Below are positions 25,093 to 36,187 of a DNA stretch of 64,000 nt, piece after piece. Position 1 is the stretch's first letter, and every line of letters starts with the position of its first letter. Origin of the DNA: Rhynchopus sp. YZ270_cl-10 (Eukaryota). The stretch covers positions 248,001-312,000 of the forward strand of contig OZ037835.1 in the NCBI GenBank assembly GCA_964035575.1, read 5' to 3'. The translations under genes were made by a program, and so were the position numbers. The notes beneath the pieces were generated by a model. It did no database searches. It saw nothing but the letters and a program-made list of their open reading frames with translations, and was not told the DNA's origin.

Positions 25093-28000
25093 CTAGTCTA
25101 TGGTTGAAGGATCTATAACTAAGCTGTCCCTGTGAAGCACACTACTGCGACGACGCTGGGATCGGGGAGTAAGTTGCCAGCCGTGTCGGGGGGCCTGCAG
25201 GGTGCCTCTTCCACGTCCACCTCCTCCGTCTGCTTCTTCTAAGTCGCGACCACTGATGCCTGTGGTGGTAGGTGCACTGCCACCACCGTAGATGGTAGCA
25301 CTGCCCCCAGCCTCGTCGGCAAGAAACGAATCCCCCAGCCCCACAGCCAGAAGAGGGGTGAAACTATCTCTGCTCTCCCTGAAGCTTTCCCTGAAGCCTT
25401 CCCTGCCACGGCCGCGGGAGTGTGGTAAAGGACGTTTGGTGGGTGTGATGGGGACTTGCCGTGGTGTTTCATACAAAGAAACTTCACCGTTTTTTGGTGT
25501 AGGACAGCGCAAGAGCTCAATACCGTTTTCGATGTCGACGGTGAGGAGCGAGGCATTAGGCATCTCGGCGCGGGTGTCGCTCTGCCGGTCGGAGGTGTCT
25601 GACTGTGTGGTCTCGAGAATGCACCCACCTTGGGGATGTATGAGGAGGGCTGATTTGTTCAAAACGTCTTCCTGAAGGTTGCCCCTACGTCCTGATGTGA
25701 TGACGTATACTTCGGTAAGGATGTCTAAAGCAATTTTGACAACCAGAAGCATGAAGGCCACAGTCAGCAGCTTGGAGGAGACGTCAAACAGCCATGAGTC
25801 CAGCGTGGCCGTGTAGTACCCTGCAGCCATCACCACCATCGCGGCGAGCTGCGTGCCCAGGAGGAGGATGTCCAGCGCAGCATCCCTGGAGCGTGCGTGA
25901 GGCCAGAACAGACCTTCCAGCATCAGGAGAACTAAGAAGACAAGCCCAGAAGCCATCTTGACGTGCCCACACCCTTCGCTTGTCTCAGGCGCCGTGCTCT
26001 GAATCGCGCTCAGCGCGAAGGAAGAGACAAACTCGATAAGAAGAAACCACGTCGCGCCCTGCTTGTACGGGCGGATCACGGTGTAGCGCTGCACCCACAT
26101 CGGGTTACGTTGCATGGACACCCACTCCCCTTCGCCTAGGAGCGAGATAAGTGCACGGTTCTGTCTTCCTTCCGCTCTCGCATACACACCGTACGCAGGA
26201 ACACCTTGAGTGATCGTGAGGTGCAGCACCACAGGCACCACAGCGCACACCAGCAGAATAGCCGCACCCACAGCAGCATGCCAGCCCTTCTCCGGGTGGA
26301 ACACAAGCGACATGCCTGCAAGCGTGAGGCCTTGATAGAAGTATTGGAACACAAGCACCGGGGCGGAGGGGAGGCGCAGCAGGCCCACTACGTCCCGATC
26401 CTTGAAGAAGGTGGGGAACAGGCAGGTCCCCACGACACGCACGACAGGCACCGCAACGAAGCAGGCAGCTATGAAGGTCGCCAGCATCGCAATGTTGGCG
26501 GCGACGGCGCCGACGGGCTTGCTGTTGTCCAGCGAGAGGCCTGTCGGGTGCAGTGCAGTAGAGAGGTCGCGCGAGCAGCCTTTGCTCACCAAAGCCAGAC
26601 GCAGTGCAGCACCACCGGAGAACCCAACCGCTGAGCTTGCCACAGCGAGTGTCGTGGATGAGTCCTCAAACCCCATCAGGTCCACCACCTTCACGTCTGC
26701 GATGCTCATCAGAGGCGGTGGTGCAGTGTCGTTCACAGTGGCCACGAAGTCTGGTGCTGGAGTCGCGTGAGGCACTGTGGTTTCGGGAACGTCTGTGGCA
26801 GGGAGTGCAGCAGGTGTGTAGGTAGCTGGTGTTGTGGTGTCCATGGGTGTGTCGGTGGCCAGTGGTGTGTAAGTAGCGGCGTAGAGTGGTGCTGCAGTGA
26901 GGGGTGTGGCCGTGTCTGGTGCAGGTGTCGGTGCTGTGGTGAGTGGTGGCAGGGTGGCAGGCGGGGATGTTGCTGGTGGTGCTGTTGCCGGTGCAAGCGT
27001 CGGAGGTGCAAGAGTCTCAGGTGCTTGTGTTTCAGGTGCCAGTGTGGCTGGTGACAAAGTCGGTGGTGGCAAGGTGGCTGGCGCTCCCGTCAGTGGTGGG
27101 TTCGTCGCCGGTGCTGGTGTTGCAGGTGCTTGTGTCGGTGGTGCCGCTGTTGCTGGTGCCGGTGTAAGTGGTGCCAGTGTTGGCGGGGCTGGAGTCAGGG
27201 GTGCAGAGGTCGCAGGTGCCACTGTTGCAGGCGCAAGTGTAGGTGGTGCCACTGTAAGTGGTGCAGATGTAAGGGGCGCCGCTGTTGCCGGTGCCGGTGT
27301 TGGTGGTGCCAAAGTTGCCGGCACTGGCGTTGGCGCCAATGTAGGAGGTGCTGGTGTCGGCGGTGAAGGGGTTGGAGGCGAAGGTGTGGGTGCCGGTGTC
27401 GGAGGTGCTGGTGTTACTGGCGCTGGTGTAGGTGGTGCTGGCGTCTGCGGTGCTGGTGTCGGAGGCGCCACTGTCGGTGGTGCAGGTGTTGGTGGTGCCA
27501 AAGTTGGCGGCGCAGGTGTGGGTGCCAATGTTGGAGGTGCTGGTGTCGGCGGTGAAGGGGTTGGAGGCGAAGGTGTGGGTGCCAATGTCGGAGGTGCTGG
27601 TGTTGGTGGTGCCGATGTTGGAGGTGCTGGTGTAGGTGGCGCGGGTGTTACTGGCGCTGGTGTTGGTGGTGCTGGTGTAGGCACCAGTGTTGGTGGTGCT
27701 GGCGTCTGCGGTGCTAGTGTCGGAGGCGCCACTGTCGGTGGTGCTGGTGTTGGTGGTGCCAAAGTTGGCGGTGAAGGTGTGGGTGCTAATGTTGGAGGTG
27801 CTGGCGTCGGAGGTGCTGGTGTTGGTGGCGCCGGTGTGGGCGCCAGTGTTTGTGGTGCCGGTGTTGGTGGTGAAGGGGTTGGAGGCACAGGTGTGGGTAC
27901 CAATGTTGGAGGTGCCGGTGTTGGTGGTGCTGGTGTCTCTGCGTCGTACACAGCTTCGGAGACGCTGTTCCTGTCGTTGCCGCCGCACTTTTCGGTTGCA

Positions 28001-28323
28001 TCGCCGTCACACGCGAAGGAGCACTCTGTGTCTGAGAAAATGCCGTACGTACCGTACGTGTTGCCGCAGTAGCACTCACGGTAGTACTGCAGACCGAAGT
28101 ACCTGAAGGGCGCACCCGTCGCAGTCGTTGTGCAGAACGACATACACTTCGCATGCGTATTGTACAGGCCAGTCTGCTCCGCATCCCCTGAAAGGTCACG
28201 TGCCGTGGTCACATCGCCGTAGCACCCTTGGTACACTGCCACGTACTTTGCCCCCTCGCACTGTGGCAGAAGCAGCAGGACGGCCACCGCACAGAGCACA
28301 CCTCTCACACTGCTCATGTGCAT
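25093..28323 (-). CDS. WSC-domain, PTPAP stalk, ~7-TM surface receptor, paralog 2 (1076 aa)
   Basis: Same architecture as 7204-10347; flanking DNA is also duplicated. Confidence 0.92.
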   Translation of the reverse strand: MHMSSVRGVLCAVAVLLLLPQCEGAKYVAVYQGCYGDVTTARDLSGDAEQTGLYNTHAKCMSFCTTTATGAPFRYFGLQYYRECYCGNTYGTYGIFSDTECSFACDGDATEKCGGNDRNSVSEAVYDAETPAPPTPAPPTLVPTPVPPTPSPPTPAPQTLAPTPAPPTPAPPTPAPPTLAPTPSPPTLAPPTPAPPTVAPPTLAPQTPAPPTLVPTPAPPTPAPVTPAPPTPAPPTSAPPTPAPPTLAPTPSPPTPSPPTPAPPTLAPTPAPPTLAPPTPAPPTVAPPTPAPQTPAPPTPAPVTPAPPTPAPTPSPPTPSPPTPAPPTLAPTPVPATLAPPTPAPATAAPLTSAPLTVAPPTLAPATVAPATSAPLTPAPPTLAPLTPAPATAAPPTQAPATPAPATNPPLTGAPATLPPPTLSPATLAPETQAPETLAPPTLAPATAPPATSPPATLPPLTTAPTPAPDTATPLTAAPLYAATYTPLATDTPMDTTTPATYTPAALPATDVPETTVPHATPAPDFVATVNDTAPPPLMSIADVKVVDLMGFEDSSTTLAVASSAVGFSGGAALRLALVSKGCSRDLSTALHPTGLSLDNSKPVGAVAANIAMLATFIAACFVAVPVVRVVGTCLFPTFFKDRDVVGLLRLPSAPVLVFQYFYQGLTLAGMSLVFHPEKGWHAAVGAAILLVCAVVPVVLHLTITQGVPAYGVYARAEGRQNRALISLLGEGEWVSMQRNPMWVQRYTVIRPYKQGATWFLLIEFVSSFALSAIQSTAPETSEGCGHVKMASGLVFLVLLMLEGLFWPHARSRDAALDILLLGTQLAAMVVMAAGYYTATLDSWLFDVSSKLLTVAFMLLVVKIALDILTEVYVITSGRRGNLQEDVLNKSALLIHPQGGCILETTQSDTSDRQSDTRAEMPNASLLTVDIENGIELLRCPTPKNGEVSLYETPRQVPITPTKRPLPHSRGRGREGFRESFRESRDSFTPLLAVGLGDSFLADEAGGSATIYGGGSAPTTTGISGRDLEEADGGGGRGRGTLQAPRHGWQLTPRSQRRRSSVLHRDSLVIDPSTID

Positions 28324-29193
28324 GTTTGCAATTGCATCTGGATGTGGTGTGATGTGGTTGGGGGAGCGAGGGCAAGGAGGTGGTTAAAAATAGAGAGTGT
28401 GTGTGCTGCCTTATATTTAAAAACAAAACGCAACTTGTGGGGGAGGAGCAGTGGGGGAAAGGGTTTTATTTTAATCACCGCGCCACAGGGCTCGTGTGGG
28501 GAACAATCCTCTTCGAGAATGGAGAAGGGTGGAAGGCGAGAGGCGTAGTGGTGTGCATGGAGGGGTGGCATGGGTGGCGCAGTGCAAGGAGTGTGAATGG
28601 GAGGGGAGGTTTGTGTCCTTTGTTTTCATCCCTAACTTTCAACAAACATGCCCCTCACCACTTCAGCAGGTGAAGAACGTTTTCCTACCTTTGGAACAGG
28701 AGCAAGTTCGCAGAGATAGTGGATGCACCATGTGTGCAACACCACCCATCGTTTGATAACAACCTTCGGATTCCCGACACACTTACTTCTGCAACACATC
28801 ACAGTCACCATCTTGCTCCCAACACTTCCACTTGCACTGACGTCTCTTGTCGTGGTGGAAGGTCCAGCAGCAGCAACAGCAGTATCTTGGGTTTGTGCAA
28901 CCAAGTAGTAAAACCACCAAGCAACGCCCTGGACACCTGGACCCCCCTTTTCCACCTTCGTACTTCATTGCAAGAAGATGGATTACAAAACAGAAGGGTT
29001 TCGCTTTGTGTGCATTTTGTTGTGGTGTTTGTTCATGACAATGACACACAAGAGAAGAGAGGGGGAAGAGAGTAGCAAGCTTGTGTAGTGGCAGGAAAGT
29101 GTGAAATACATGGCACGTAGTACGACCGCAGAAAACTACGCCATGGTCAACGATTAAGTGTAACTCATTCTGTTTTTACTTTATTTTGTATTA

Positions 29194-30099
29194 GGGCAGG
29201 GCAATTTTTCTTCTCGTTTCTCATTATGCGCGCGCGCATTATTTTTGAAATCCCAAAAAAAAAACTAGTCTTAAAAAAAACTAGTGGTAAGGTAACGCAG
29301 TTACCTTACCACTAGTTTTTACCTGGGTGAAGGCCCAAAACGTCTTCATGGAGATCACATGTACGTTGTGTGGGAAACACAGGGGAGTATACAGAAAGAG
29401 CGCCGCCCTCGGGGACAAGTACAAGAAGTTCCTGACACCCCTTGTGAAGGAGGCACAGTACAGCTGCTGCAGTGTGTTCCCTCCAGCAGACGCGGAGGGG
29501 GGGAAAGCGGGCAAGCGTATCAAGCTCGACACTGTGTTCGCCGTAAGAGGGAACACAGCTGCATGCTCCCGACGGAGTGGATCCTCTGGACGTGGCGGAA
29601 GAACAGGGGTTTGTGCAACAGATGCGCACACTGTGGGGCAGAAGCCAACCTTCTGGAAGTGCCTTCGTCCTACTCAAAATATGGACAAGTGCAGAAAATC
29701 TGTTCGGGGTGCAACACACGGGGTCTGAAGCCTGTGGGCAAGTGCGAAAAAAAAGCCGACACCCTCGCAAATAGAAGTAGCGCGACCGGCCGGACAGAAG
29801 AACCGCGGCAAGCGACTGCATCAGAGACGACGCCACCCACAACTGCTCCCACCCAACCCACCCTAGCACCCAAAGCCGCTAAGAAGGCACCGCGCAAGGG
29901 CGGGGTGGGGTGGGGTGGGTATAGGGTGGCTCGGGGAGGTTACTCCGCAGCCAACAACGTATCATCATGTTTTTCCCCCACTAAGACCTACGTGGTAGGT
30001 GGGGTATTTTTTTTCGACTAGTTATTTTTTTTTTGCGCGCGCGCGCGCATTTTTTTGAGCTGCAAATAATAAGAAACGAGAAAAATACTTGCCCTGCCC
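29194..30099 (+). mobile_element. 906-bp TIR element, TTA TSD, carrying a frameshifted Cys-rich transposase-like remnant
   Basis: TTA|GGGCAGGGCAA...TTGCCCTGCCC|TTA; empty paralogous site at about 32523-32545; internal CTLCG...YSC..., then after a frameshift CMLPTEW...CAHCG...ICSGC. Confidence 0.88.
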
Positions 30100-30143
30100 T
30101 TACTCAGAAACGGCACGCAGTGTGTACGAAAAGGATCAAGGTA

Positions 30144-31386
30144 TCATTCCATCATTGCTGGTGGCCCAAGAAGATTATCCTGTTCACGAAACCACTCTGT
30201 GAGAAGATTGTTGCAGGCTTCAACATCTTCGTGGCTACATCCCTTTCCCCCTCCAGCTTGGCCCAGGTCTAGGTCAGAGCGTAACGGTGGGTGGTGATGA
30301 TCTCCACCTCGTTCCAATAGGATTCTTCTAATTTTCTCCGTCTCCAACACTGTCTTCCGCACAACCGACAAGTCCTTCTCAGCTCTCTGTGAGTGTATGT
30401 AAGATAAATGACAGTAGTAAAAAACAAGAAAAACTAAACTAACGTTTTGCCAGTTGATTTGCCCTCACAAATCTACTACGTGTGACTTTTTTCGTTGACC
30501 GCAGCACGTCAATACACTGTGCATCAAGGAACACACATGTTGCGAATGGGTGACACTGGGAAGAGAAAATAAAAAGGTGCGTGTGAATAGCAAGGGTCAT
30601 ACGTTTGCCTTCTCCTTGAACTTAGAGATCATGGCACGGTACATGTTGGCCTCGCTATCATCTCCAACATAGACACCACGCTCAGCAGCCTTAGTGTCAC
30701 CACAAAGTTCGCAAACACGACAAACTAACAAATTCGTTATGTCAGTGATCTTCGTATTGCGCGTCGAAAGCCGAGCCTCCAGATGCGCCTTGTACGTTTG
30801 GGCATTTCCAAGTCCGTCAGAGCGTAACGGTGGGTGGTGATGATCTCCACCTCGTTCCAATAGTATTCTTCTACATGTCTCCCTCTCCAACACTGTCTCC
30901 CGCACAACCGACAAGTCCTTCCTAACTCTCTGTAAGTGTGTGCAAAATAGGTGCAAAAAGCAAGTAGACCACTCGCCGTGCCTCCAAAAGGTCTCATGTT
31001 CCCTACGCCACACAGACAGTACAACCACATGTAATGACTCAACTCAAAGGGTGAGTGAATAGAAACTACAAAGAGCTCTACACACGACACACATGTTGTG
31101 AATGGGTGACACTGGGAAGAGAAAATAAAAAGGTGCGTGTGAAAAGCAAGGATCATACGTTTGCCTTCTCCTTGAACTCGGAGATCATGGCACGGTACAT
31201 GTTGGCTTCCTCATCCTCTCCAACATAGATACCACGCTCAGCAGCCTTAGTGTTTCCACGAAGGAAGTGAACACGACCAACTAACAAATTCGTTTCGTCA
31301 GTGATGTTCGTCTTGAGCGCCAAAAGCTCAGCCTGCATATGCACCACGTAAGGATCAGGTGCCACACAGTTGGTGTAGTAAGACAT
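30144..31386 (-). CDS. Predicted 3-exon coiled-coil protein of unknown function (~265 aa; exons 31386-31159, 30929-30603, 30386-30144)
   Basis: Phase-0 introns GTATGA...ACAG at 31158-30930 and 30602-30387 join EFKEKAN|RVRKDLSVV and EFKEKAN|RAEKDLSVV in frame. Confidence 0.7.
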
Positions 31387-31944
31387 ACTTAAAGGGAATG
31401 GGTAAGGATAGGGAACGAGAGAGAAGGGGTTGCACTTCCTGTGGGTGGGTTGATGACATAATATGTGTGGGGGGGATGCTCTTTTGCATCCTTTGTTTTC
31501 ATCCCTAACTTTCAACAAACATGCCCCTCAGCACTTCAGCAGTTGTAGAACGTTTTCCTACCTTTGGAACAGGAGCACACAAGTTCGTATATATATTGGA
31601 TGCACCATGTGTGCAACACCACCCATCGTCTGATAACAACCTTCGGATTCCCAACACACTTACTTCTGCAACACATCACAGTCACCATCTTGCTCCCAAC
31701 ACTTCCACTTGCACTGACGTCTCTTGTCGTGGTGGAAGGTCCAGCAGCAGTATCTTGGGTTTGTGCAACCAAGTTGTAAAGCCACCAAGCAACGCCCTGG
31801 ACACCTGGACCCCCCTTTTCCACCTTCGTACTTCATTGCAAGAAGGTGGATTACAAAACAGAAGGGTTTCGCTTTGTGTGCATTTTGTTTTGGTGTTTGT
31901 ACTGTATTGCATCTATCTTTACGTATATTCCCGCATGAGTGGCT

Positions 31945-32373
31945 TCAAGACAGGTGTGAGATGTCAACAATCTCAACACTCCCATGCCCTTCGTAGACCA
32001 CCACACCACCACAGCTGCTGATTGCAAGACTGTTCTTTTGGCTGCTCTCCTGCTGCAAGAGTTGCTTCCCTGTTGAGATGGACCACAGACACAACGTATC
32101 AAAAGAGTGGGCAGCAACAATGTCGTTCGACACAGCAATATCACCCCAGACGTTTTCTGAGTCGTTTTCAAATACACATTCACCTGTTTCGATGTTCCAG
32201 ACACGCACATAGTGCTCGCAACACGCTGCAATGAAACGCTGGTTTGGTGTCAGTGCTACGTAATCAACATGAGAAGGGCACGTAAGTACAAGCACCTTCA
32301 CCCCTGTTGTGTAGTCCCACACAGTGATGTCACGATTAACAAACGTCGCCACCCTGTCGCCTGACACCACCAT
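31945..32373 (-). CDS. WD40-like repeat protein or terminal exon (142 aa)
   Basis: ITVWDYTTG, VRVWNIETG and LCLWSISTG at about 40-aa spacing; pyrimidine tract + AG just upstream; too short for a full propeller. Confidence 0.65.
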   Translation of the reverse strand: MVVSGDRVATFVNRDITVWDYTTGVKVLVLTCPSHVDYVALTPNQRFIAACCEHYVRVWNIETGECVFENDSENVWGDIAVSNDIVAAHSFDTLCLWSISTGKQLLQQESSQKNSLAISSCGGVVVYEGHGSVEIVDISHLS

Positions 32374-32581
32374 GACGTACTTGCACACAAGAGAAGAGAG
32401 GGGGAAGAGAGTAGCAAGCTTGTGTAGTGGCAGGAAAGTGTGAAATACATGGCACGTAGTACGACCGCAGAAAACTACGCCATGGTCAACGATTAAGTGT
32501 AACTCATTTTGTTTTTACTTTATTTTATATTTCTCGGAAACGGCAGGCAGTGTGCACGAAAAGGATCAAGGTATCATTCTG

Positions 32582-33270
32582 TCATTGCATGGGCCCAAGA
32601 ATATCCTGCTGCAAGATTAAAAAATCTGTGAGAAGATTGTTGCAGGCTTCAACATCTTCGTGGCTACATCCCTTTCCCCCTCCAGCTTGGCCCAGGTCCA
32701 GGTCAGAGCGTAACGGTGGGTGGTGATGATCACCACCTCGTTCCAATAGTATTCTTCTAATTCTCTCCCTCTCCAACACTGTCTCCCGCACAACCGACAA
32801 GTCCTTCCTAACTCTCTGTAAGTGTGTGCAAAATAGGTGCAAAAAGCAAGTAGACCACTCGCCGTGCCTCCAAAAGGTCTCATGTTCCCTACGCCACACA
32901 GACAGTACAACCACATGTAATGACTCAACTCAAAGGGTGAGTGAATAGAAACTACAAAGAGCTCTACACGACACACATATTGTGAATGGGTGACACTGGG
33001 AAGAGAAAATAAAAAGGTGCGTGTGAAAAGCAAGGGTCATACCTTCTTGTCCTCCTTGAACTCGGAGATCATGGCACGGTACATGTTGGCTTTGCGATCA
33101 TATCCAACATAGATACCACGCTCAGCAGCCTCAGTATCACCACAAAGGGCGCAAACACGACAAACTAACAAATTTGTTTCGTCAGTGATCTTCGTATTGA
33201 GCGTCGAAAGCTCAGCCTCAAGACGCGCCACGTCACGCTCAAGTGCCACACAGTTGGTGTGGTAAGACAT
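32582..33270 (-). CDS. Predicted 2-exon coiled-coil protein (~153 aa; exons 33270-33043, 32815-32582)
   Basis: Intron 33042-32816 GTATGA...CTTACAG joins EFKEDKK|RVRKDLSVVRE in frame; paralog of 30144-31386. Confidence 0.7.
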
Positions 33271-33544
33271 ACTTAAAGGGAATGGGTAAGGATAGGGAAC
33301 GAGAGAGAAGGGGTTGCACTTCCTGTGGGTGGGTTGATGACATAATATGCGTGTGGGGAAGGTGGACACAGAGCAAAGGTGTGAAGGTGGAGGGTGGGCA
33401 AAGACTGGATGTGAGGGGAATACTCTTCGAGAACGGAGAAGGGTGGAAGGCGAGAGGCGTCGTCGTATGCATGGAGGGGTGGCATGGGGTGGCAGAGGTG
33501 CAAGGAGTGTGAACCCCCCTTTCCACCTTGGTACTTCATTGCAA

Positions 33545-34200
33545 GACTAGATTGTACGGCGATACAGTCGAAGCAGCTGCCAGTATTACATTTGGACAGT
33601 GGCGTGCTCGAGCTCGCGGAAATGGGAGACACGCGGTGGGTTTCCCATCGTGTGACCTCCGTCCTTGTAAGGGTACTGAAAGGATTGATGTAGGCAATGA
33701 AGGTCCTCTCACAAGCCCGATAACATTGTTGAAAAGGTGCTGTTCACTTAGAGGGTGCACCTGCCGCACCTGGCGCACATGCCGCAGGGATTCAGCGCAA
33801 CTTTGCAGCAAACGTTGCTATCAATGACCTAGTGGAGGGTGAAAGATTACTGGATTGGGAAAATTTCGGGAATCTTGAGGGTCCCTCAGAGGTGTGAAGA
33901 GGTCCTGGAAGGAAACGCTGCGGGGCATGGTGAATGAACCGTGTCGCCCATCTGCAGATGGGTGGAGAGATGTAAACAGTGCTTTCGTACAAAGGTCCAC
34001 GAGACCGAAGTGGCACTGTATGGCATGCGAATTGAGGAGTATTGAGAGGATTGACTGAAGGATGGGACGGTTCTACAGGAGTACTCAGACTACGACGTTA
34101 CTTCGACCACCTAGCAACCTACGGCGTGCAAAGACACGCTTAAAGACACTGACGGACTTTTACGGATAGAAAAGATGCACAGCCTTACGGTGTGAGCACA
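33545..34200 (+). pseudogene. Possible decayed hAT transposase fragment
   Basis: LELAEMGDTRWVSHR resembles the hAT TRW.S motif; the frame has multiple stops; boundaries are approximate. Confidence 0.3.
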
Positions 34201-36187
34201 GTAACTCCACCGATGCTTGACGAACGCAAGTCATTGCATTGAAGCAAGAGCTAGACATGGTGCAATAAGACGCACTGATAAGAACATCAACATTTTTTGT
34301 GAATTGTCCTGGAAAAAAAAAGACTCCAAATCACCCCAAACAAAGGGATTTAAAAAAAATGATGGCTGGATGGATGTGATCGCCAAACAACAAGAAAGAA
34401 TAAATAAAGAAGGGGGCTGTTTTCATTTTTTTTTTTCATTCGTTCAAAACTTCACACATTAGTTTTGGGAGACACCTAAGGTGCCGGGTTCTCATGTACG
34501 GCAACCACACCCTGTACCTGTTTGTCACATTATTTCCCGTACAATACATGAGGAAACGTCTCGCACTCTACTCTCTCTCTAAACTAGGAACACGGACACT
34601 GTAGGTAAAGGTTTTAAAATTTCAGATATTTGCACATTTTTCTGATTAATGAAACGTAAGAAGAGCAACACGCCGATTGGCTGTGCAGAGAGAGCAAAAA
34701 AGAAGAATGTAACATTGTATTCATGCTCCAGAAGGAGGGAACAGCATAAGAACACCAAGTCGAGCGTAGCAGAAATATCGTAATTTTATTTTTCCTTCCT
34801 TCAAAACTTCACACACAACGCTTTTTAGTTTTTGGGAGACACAAGGTGCCAGGTTCTATGATATGCACGGAACCACCCTGCACCTGTTTGTCATATTGTT
34901 TCCCGTGCAATACATGGGGAAACGTTTCGCTGTCGAAACTAGGGAAATAATGACAACACAGGGAGCAGGGGTTCTAAATTTGAGACGTTTGCATATTTTT
35001 CTGTTTTATGACCAAAGACAAGAGAAACGTAAGAAGAGCAACACGCCGATTGGCTGTGTACTGACAGAGCTAAAAGAAGCATGTATCCATGCTCCAGAGG
35101 GAGGGATCAGAGAAACGTTATAAGAACGCCACGTCGAGCGTGGCAGCAATATCTGTAAGAAAAACACATGAAACGCACAGGACAGGCGAGCCCATAAGTG
35201 CTCTGTCCAGCCCACCAAAATCAACACCAGATCTTACGTCAAGCACTACAAGGTATAAACGAAAAGATAGCAAATAGTGTGCGAACAGCATAGAGAGAGA
35301 CAACAGGAAACATCCGAGCATAAATACACAGTCCATGCAAGAGACCACAAGAAACTCTACCCCTGGAAAGACAAGCCTTTTACTGTGCTCAGTCTCTTTA
35401 TCACCCCGGGATCATCAAGATCTCTACGCAAGCAGGGTTACCCAGTATTGGGTCTGTATTCATGTAATGAGAGAAAAAACAAACAGTGTGCGAGCAGCAC
35501 ACAGAGAGGGAGCTAATCAAGCAGGCTAGTCAATGACAATGACAATGAGGAATTTTTAAAGAAGAAAGCAGGGAGCGGAGGGAGGGAAAGCTTTTTTGAT
35601 AAAAAAAAATAATGAAACACAAAAAACCAGCGCGTGTGGAAGAAAGAAGAAAAGGGAAAATATTTTTTCTGATTCAAAAAGTGGTGTTTATGTTTTGGGT
35701 ACGGGGAGGAGAATAAAATCTGTTCGATAAAAGAAACGAAAGCTTTTTGTTTTAACTTGTTCACAAAAAAAAACATGAAACGCACTCTGTCCACAAGAGT
35801 ACTATACAAGAAAAGACTCACCAAAATTCATGTATCAGGGGAGCAAAGGGTGCAAATAGCACCGAGAAAGAAACACGAAATACAACACAGCATCCCGGTC
35901 TGCCCTGCAAGGGACCACATCACGACCCAGGACAGGCGAACCCTAAAGTGCTCTGTCCCATCAACGTGGTCTACTACGAGCACTGCTCAAGCAGGGGCAC
36001 AGATACATACTCATTTGCATTCATGCAGCGCATAGCAAGCACGGTGCAAACAGAAAAGGGTATAAAAAAGAGAAAAGCATTTTAGATGAATGTAAGCCTC
36101 TCGTGCTTTACCTTGAAAAACACATCCAAGAAAAAGCAGAAAAAGAAAAACATCAACTACCCAGTCAAGCCCCTACGGCACTCAGTC

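Noticed and set aside
28620..29030. ORFs in the duplicated block also found at about 31490-31900
   Set aside because: Indels between the copies, non-ATG starts and no recognisable motif; treated as non-coding or decayed.
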